Below, piece by piece: positions 59,330 to 64,000 of a stretch of 64,000 nt of DNA (position 1 is its first letter; every line of letters starts with the position of its first letter). Location of the stretch: assembly GCA_048128005.1 (NCBI GenBank), contig JBEUKZ010000054.1, positions 248,001-312,000 on the forward strand, given 5' to 3'. The DNA is from Veleropilina oligotropha. Lineage: Eukaryota. Below the pieces are notes generated by a model. It saw only the letters and a program-made list of their open reading frames with translations, was not told the DNA's origin and made no database searches. The position numbers were made by a program, and so were the translations under genes.

Positions 59330-62298
59330 CTGATTAGAAGACCTCGGTCTAACAATAACTCTTTGTGCAGCAACACACTGTAAGCTGCTCAAGCCATCAG
59401 CACCTGTTGAGTAGTCCCGCAGATAATGTTTGACAAACACATTAGCGTTTTTCCAATATCCAGCCTGAAGTAACGCATTGATATTTAAATTATGTCGGAA
59501 TGCTACAGACGCGGCAATTGCCGGACTTCATGTGCGCGGACCGATAAAATAGTTCGGTCGTCGTCATCACAACGGATGTAAACATCTCTCACAGTTTGTG
59601 AAATCCACCGCGAAACAGTTGTCCTCGTAATGTCGCGGGTGTAGGTAGGCAAATACGATATGAATAAACGTAATTTCCCTGTCCGCATTTCACGGGTTCT
59701 GTCTAGGTAGAAGCGAAGCGCCCGTACCGGGCAATTGAGGCGGTCTGCATCGTGCCGTCCGACTAGCGTTAGCTTGGGAATAACAACATCGGGTGCGTCC
59801 TCGTTCGGCCGTTGGTTCTTGGCTAGAAAGCCAAGAATAGGACGCAGTATCACCGACCCGTCTGACTGGAATCGTATATCTCTTAGCTCGGAGGAGAAAG
59901 CATGAATCTCGGAACAACGCCTGCCCGACGCTAAGGCGATCAGAAAAACCGTTTTGTGCGTCAAGTTCCTCATGGTTATCTCGGACATCGGCTCATACGG
60001 GGGTAAGAGTAATGCGTTAAGAATAAGTACGATATTCCAAGCAGGTGGCTTAATTTTTCGGGTCGGTATCTCGAGTTCATAAGATCGTATAAAATCTGAT
60101 ATCGTTCGGTCGCTTGATAGGCCAGCATGGGCACGACACTGCTTTAGCGTGGTCGCGATCGTTGCCCGATAGCCTTTGACGGCGGACACTGACATACCGC
60201 GGTCGAAGAGCGACGATAAAAACTCGATAAACTTGTTCACAGGGGGACGGAGTATATTGACCTGCCGGCTGTGACACCAATCCACGTACTTAACCCATCG
60301 GTAGTCATAGACTTTTGTCGTGGAAATCCTTCTCGATCGATAGATACGTAAGGCTGTAGCTTTAGAAAATCCTTTCTTAGCAAGGGATCGTTCGATAACC
60401 GCCAGGCGTGTAAACGTAAGTGGTTCGGCGACTCGTGGAGTACACGGGTGCGTGGTTGCATTAACAGGTCTAGTTTCTGCGTTAACGCTAACGGTCGATC
60501 GACGATCAGATCGAGGAGGGTCGGAAACCAAGGTTGCGTGCGATACAGGGGCGCTATTAGCGTTATCTCGCAACGTTCGGTCGCTGCCTTCTGTAATACC
60601 AGTGATAGAATGCACGTCGGGGGGAAGGCATACGCGGACAGATTCTCCCATGTCATTGACAGTGCGTCGACCGCTAGGGCGGCCGGGTCTGGGTACGGGG
60701 AGACATACAGAGGTAGTCGGTAATTGAATTCTGTTGCAAACAAATCGACTTGGGGTTGCGACCACCGGCGGCAAACGTCCCGAGCTACTCGGCTGTGTAG
60801 CGTCCACTCTGTGTGTATAATCTGTGATCTCCGAGAGAGCGAATCCGCTCTGACATTCAGCTTTCCCGGGATGTGTCGGGCTCGAATCGTCGAGTTGAGG
60901 GACATCACTAAGCGGTGTAGGTCTATTGCTCGGTCGCATAGGGGACGCGAGCGAGTACCGCCCTGGTGCTGTATGTAAGCGACGACAGTCGTGTTGTCCG
61001 TGGCGAGCATTATGTGCTTGTTGCGGAGATGTAACGAGAGGGACCGTACTGACAGGTAGACGGCTTCTAACTCTAGGAAGTTGATATGTCGTCCCTGAAG
61101 GTCTGTCGGCCATAGGCCTGATGTCTCGTAACTGTCGAGGTGACCACCCCAGCCGTCGTTCGAAGCGTCTGTGAACAGGTAAGCGTTCGGCTCTGGTGGG
61201 GATATAGGAACCGACTGGTCCGGCAAAGCGGGGTTCAACCACACTGCTGTCGTGTCGGTAAACCAATGCCGTAGATCGATGCGATCCGTCCACTGCCCCG
61301 TCCGTTGTATCCAGCGATCCCTGAACGCCTGTTGTAACGGTCTTTTGTCCATGCGACCCGTCGGTAGCAGGGGCGCTACCGACTCGATGTGCCCCAGGAC
61401 AGTGGCCAGTTGTCGCGCCGTAGTTATGTCCGATGACAGGGTGTCTTGGATAACCGCGCGTAGGTTCCGCATACGCTTCTGGGTCGGCTTCGCGGTGTAC
61501 CGGACCGTATCGAAGTCGACTCCGAGGAACGTAAACGTCGTCGAGGGCACGAAGCAGGATTTCGTCTCGTTGATCTGAAATCCCAGGCGCTTCGTCGATG
61601 ACAGGGTAAAGCTCGTAGACCGGAGGCACAGATCCCGGGACGCCCCGAGGATCAGCCAGTCGTCGAGGTACATATGTACCCTGTGCCCTAGAGAGTGTAG
61701 GAAGGCCCCTAGGGCCTGTACTGTTCTCGTGAAGACGTACGGGGCTGACGATAGACCGAACGGTAGGCACCTGAATTGGTAGATCGTCTCCCCGTGTATA
61801 AACCGAAGGTACTGATGAGCCGTGACATGCAGATACGCGTCGGCGAGATCGATAGACGCTGCCCAGTCGCCCGGACGGATGGCCGCTCGAATCTTCGAGA
61901 GGGTTTCTTGCTGGAATTTCTCGGTACGAAGATATCGGTTTAGGTACGAGAGATCGAGGATCGGTCTCCAGCGGCCATCGGGTTTCGGGACCAGGAAGAA
62001 ATGGCTGTAAAATCCTGGTGTGCTGGGCGGCGCGGGATATATCGCTCTTTTTAGGAGCAAATCCCGCACTGCCTGGTCTAAGACCGCTTGTTTTTCTCCG
62101 TTTAGGAGGCGAGCGTGTCTTGTTGGTGGTGCCTCGGTTAAGGTCGGATGCCGGTTGAATGCCAACTTGTATCCGGCACTCACGACTAAGTGGACCCAGT
62201 TGCTGTCTGTCAGCTCTAGCCAGGGCTGGCTGTGTGCTAACAGGCACGCTCCCACCGGCGGGAGCGGGCAACTGGGGCCGTCGCGAATGCCGGCAGCC
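59330..62298 (-). CDS. DIRS D YR ORF3 with N-terminal extension; frameshift after HEVR (~59510) separates the catalytic Tyr
   Basis: ORF 59503-62271 has GRRCSEIH and [22 protein letters not shown] lies downstream in another frame. Confidence 0.82.
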
Positions 62299-62360
62299 CT
62301 AGGGCCGAGGCTTCCCTCTCCCGCTCTGCTTGCGGGATTTCGCTGGAGGTGCTTGCCTCT
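60237..62360 (-). CDS. DIRS D pol: RT, RNase H and methyltransferase-like domain (4-aa deletion after DAYLHV)
   Basis: Part of ORF 60237-62507; YLDDWL, FTDAS, VDLFAT, YAFPP. Confidence 0.9.
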   Translation of the reverse strand, partial: RGKHLQRNPASRAGEGSLGPRAAGIRDGPSCPLPPVGACLLAHSQPWLELTDSNWVHLVVSAGYKLAFNRHPTLTEAPPTRHARLLNGEKQAVLDQAVRDLLLKRAIYPAPPSTPGFYSHFFLVPKPDGRWRPILDLSYLNRYLRTEKFQQETLSKIRAAIRPGDWAASIDLADAYLHVTAHQYLRFIHGETIYQFRCLPFGLSSAPYVFTRTVQALGAFLHSLGHRVHMYLDDWLILGASRDLCLRSTSFTLSSTKRLGFQINETKSCFVPSTTFTFLGVDFDTVRYTAKPTQKRMRNLRAVIQDTLSSDITTARQLATVLGHIESVAPLLPTGRMDKRPLQQAFRDRWIQRTGQWTDRIDLRHWFTDTTAVWLNPALPDQSVPISPPEPNAYLFTDASNDGWGGHLDSYETSGLWPTDLQGRHINFLELEAVYLSVRSLSLHLRNKHIMLATDNTTVVAYIQHQGGTRSRPLCDRAIDLHRLVMSLNSTIRARHIPGKLNVRADSLSRRSQIIHTEWTLHSRVARDVCRRWSQPQVDLFATEFNYRLPLYVSPYPDPAALAVDALSMTWENLSAYAFPPTCILSLVLQKAATERCEITLIAPLYRTQPWFPTLLDLIVDRPLALTQKLDLLMQPRTRVLHESPNHLRLHAWRLSNDPLLRKDFLKLQPYVSIDREGFPRQKSMTTDGLSTWIGVTAGRSIYSVPL

Positions 62361-64000
62361 TTGGAGTGGGTTTATTGGCCGGAGGCCTACCACCCGAAGA
62401 GGGCTTCGCACGCTTAGAAGGCTTCGGGGCCGGGGTGGGCCCGGAGCGCTTCTTCGAGTTGGCAGGTGGACCCCGGGTGGGGAGCAGTACTGCCTTCTCG
62501 ATGGCACGGTCCTTCATGTCCGCCGCTCTCTTGTCAACGAACTCCGAAAAGTTGTCACCAAAGAGAGTGGTGGCCGAGCAAGGTACGCATCGCAACGAGC
62601 GCCGGGTGGGCTCGTCCAGCGGGGTACCTTCCAGGCAAGCATCCCTACGAAGTAGGAGGGCATTGCCCAGGACACGTCCCGTCTCCAACGCGCTGGTCTC
62701 CTGCGCGGCAGCAACCTCCTGGAGGAAGGACAGGGCAGCCTCTGGGGCGCCGGGTCCATTCTCCTGTAGTACGGCTATCGCGCCGTCCAAGAAAAAGTCC
62801 TGAACAGACGATAGCCGTAGAGCCCGTCGGGCGGCGCTCTCGAAAGCTTCCAAGGCGGACCAAGGAACTTTCGCTACGGAGGGAGTGTGACTGGCGGTCA
62901 GTCGACGCAACGAAGCGTCAACACGAGCCGGCTCAGTCGCCAGGCACGGACCAGTGCATTCGAACGGGATCGCTCGAGTACTGGCCCGGAGGTACCTCCC
63001 ACTACGGAACCCCGAAGGGAACTCGTTCAGCGGGGAGGACTCCACCGGATTGCGCCCCTGAACGAGCTTGGTGATCGAGTCTACAACCAGATCTACCAGC
63101 CCGGACTGAGGTAAGGAGGGGAGCTCGGGGGCTTCCCTACTAACAAACCGATGTGCTGCCGTCCTATGCTTGGCTACGTCTACAGCCGACCGAGTCGGTT
63201 CCGACAAGCCAAGCACCCCGCGAAGTGACGCAACGGCGTCGAGCCTTCGGCGGGTGGAGGAGGTCGGCTCCTGCGTGCCTGTAAGACTAATGTCTTCGGG
63301 CCCGACCGATTCAGGGAGGTCGGTGTGATTGGAACCGAGGTCCTCGTCGGAACGAGGGTCGATGTCCATCACTGAGGCAGGAGCCGTGCTCTGCGCCATG
63401 GGCAGATGTGTAGGTACCTGGTGCGGCTCGGGAGCCGTCGGCCAGGCCTTACACCGTTCCTCGATCCCCGCCGCGATCCATGCCTGGACGTTCTCAAAAG
63501 AGAAACCCGAAGGCAGGACGGGCGACGAACTAACAGCCGGTAGTTCTGTCGAGGTAACCGTGGCGCTAGGTAGACGGGCTGCACGGACAGGTGGTACCGA
63601 GGACCAGGGTCCACGGGCACTTGTCGAGGGGTCGAACCCGAAGGACTGGCCCGAAGGCACATTCAGTGGGCCGGACGACCGATAGGACTGCGGCAACAGT
63701 TCTGATCGGTCTACCACTCTGTTCGAGCGAGGCACGGACGGAAAACCGCCGTAGAACCCCGTCCCGAACGCAGCCGGTCTGTCCACGTTCTCTAGCGTGA
63801 CCACGGTGGGTGCACGGGAGAGACCGGGCCCTCTGAATGTCTCGTGAGCTTCGAGGTTGAGCGGAAAACCCCTAGGGGTAGTCGCATCGTTCTCGACCGA
63901 GGATTCAGGTTTCGCCGATTGTCCGAGTCTTAGACCTACAAGTAGGTGCCCGGCCTCTTTAAAGGCTTTCTCTGCATTGGGTCTGTCCCCGTCGCTAGAC
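62299..64000 (-). CDS. DIRS D gag, 5' end outside the window
   Basis: Aligns to B and C gag; ends KPRP*. Confidence 0.85.
   Translation of the reverse strand, partial: SSDGDRPNAEKAFKEAGHLLVGLRLGQSAKPESSVENDATTPRGFPLNLEAHETFRGPGLSRAPTVVTLENVDRPAAFGTGFYGGFPSVPRSNRVVDRSELLPQSYRSSGPLNVPSGQSFGFDPSTSARGPWSSVPPVRAARLPSATVTSTELPAVSSSPVLPSGFSFENVQAWIAAGIEERCKAWPTAPEPHQVPTHLPMAQSTAPASVMDIDPRSDEDLGSNHTDLPESVGPEDISLTGTQEPTSSTRRRLDAVASLRGVLGLSEPTRSAVDVAKHRTAAHRFVSREAPELPSLPQSGLVDLVVDSITKLVQGRNPVESSPLNEFPSGFRSGRYLRASTRAIPFECTGPCLATEPARVDASLRRLTASHTPSVAKVPWSALEAFESAARRALRLSSVQDFFLDGAIAVLQENGPGAPEAALSFLQEVAAAQETSALETGRVLGNALLLRRDACLEGTPLDEPTRRSLRCVPCSATTLFGDNFSEFVDKRAADMKDRAIEKAVLLPTRGPPANSKKRSGPTPAPKPSKRAKPSSGGRPPANKPTPKRQAPPAKSRKQSGRGKPRP

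Larger units (their letters stand above)
58132..64000 (-). mobile_element. DIRS1-like retrotransposon D (family of A), nested in the 5' leader of C; continues beyond the window
   Basis: Terminus atgaggttttaatgtaaacc matched by ICR 58443-58532; closely similar to A throughout. Confidence 0.95.

Overview
Eukaryotic (metazoan, probably invertebrate) genomic DNA dominated by transposable elements. It contains one host gene, the mitochondrial tRNA-modification GTPase GTPBP3/MnmE (minus strand, 8 coding exons traced with GT-AG sites and consistent phases, 26561-44057). Four DIRS1-like tyrosine-recombinase (YR) retrotransposons from three diverged families lie around and inside it, all on the minus strand: A 18815-26119, B 33913-41433 (intronic), C 46593-58131, and D 58132-beyond the window, nested in C. 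C also carries a Mag-like Gypsy LTR element. The first 18 kb holds nested decayed L2 and Gypsy remnants, a solo LTR, a Harbinger-type MITE, and a MITE whose interior has expanded into a 10.6-kb 57-bp satellite. The best leads come from comparing the four DIRS copies by eye. (1) An invariant CCC-UAG-GG junction ends Gag; the YR ORF continues in the same frame and Pol lies in +1, suggesting one site for both readthrough and +1 frameshifting. (2) A ~650-nt non-coding 3' domain shows covarying helices, a putative kissing loop, and a ~290-nt core bracketed by conserved splice signals. (3) A second structured domain with a branch point and acceptor sits in the 5' leader. The Gypsy element has a self-complementary, non-tRNA primer-binding site (PBS). 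All alignments and folds were done by eye; no searches or folding programs were run.
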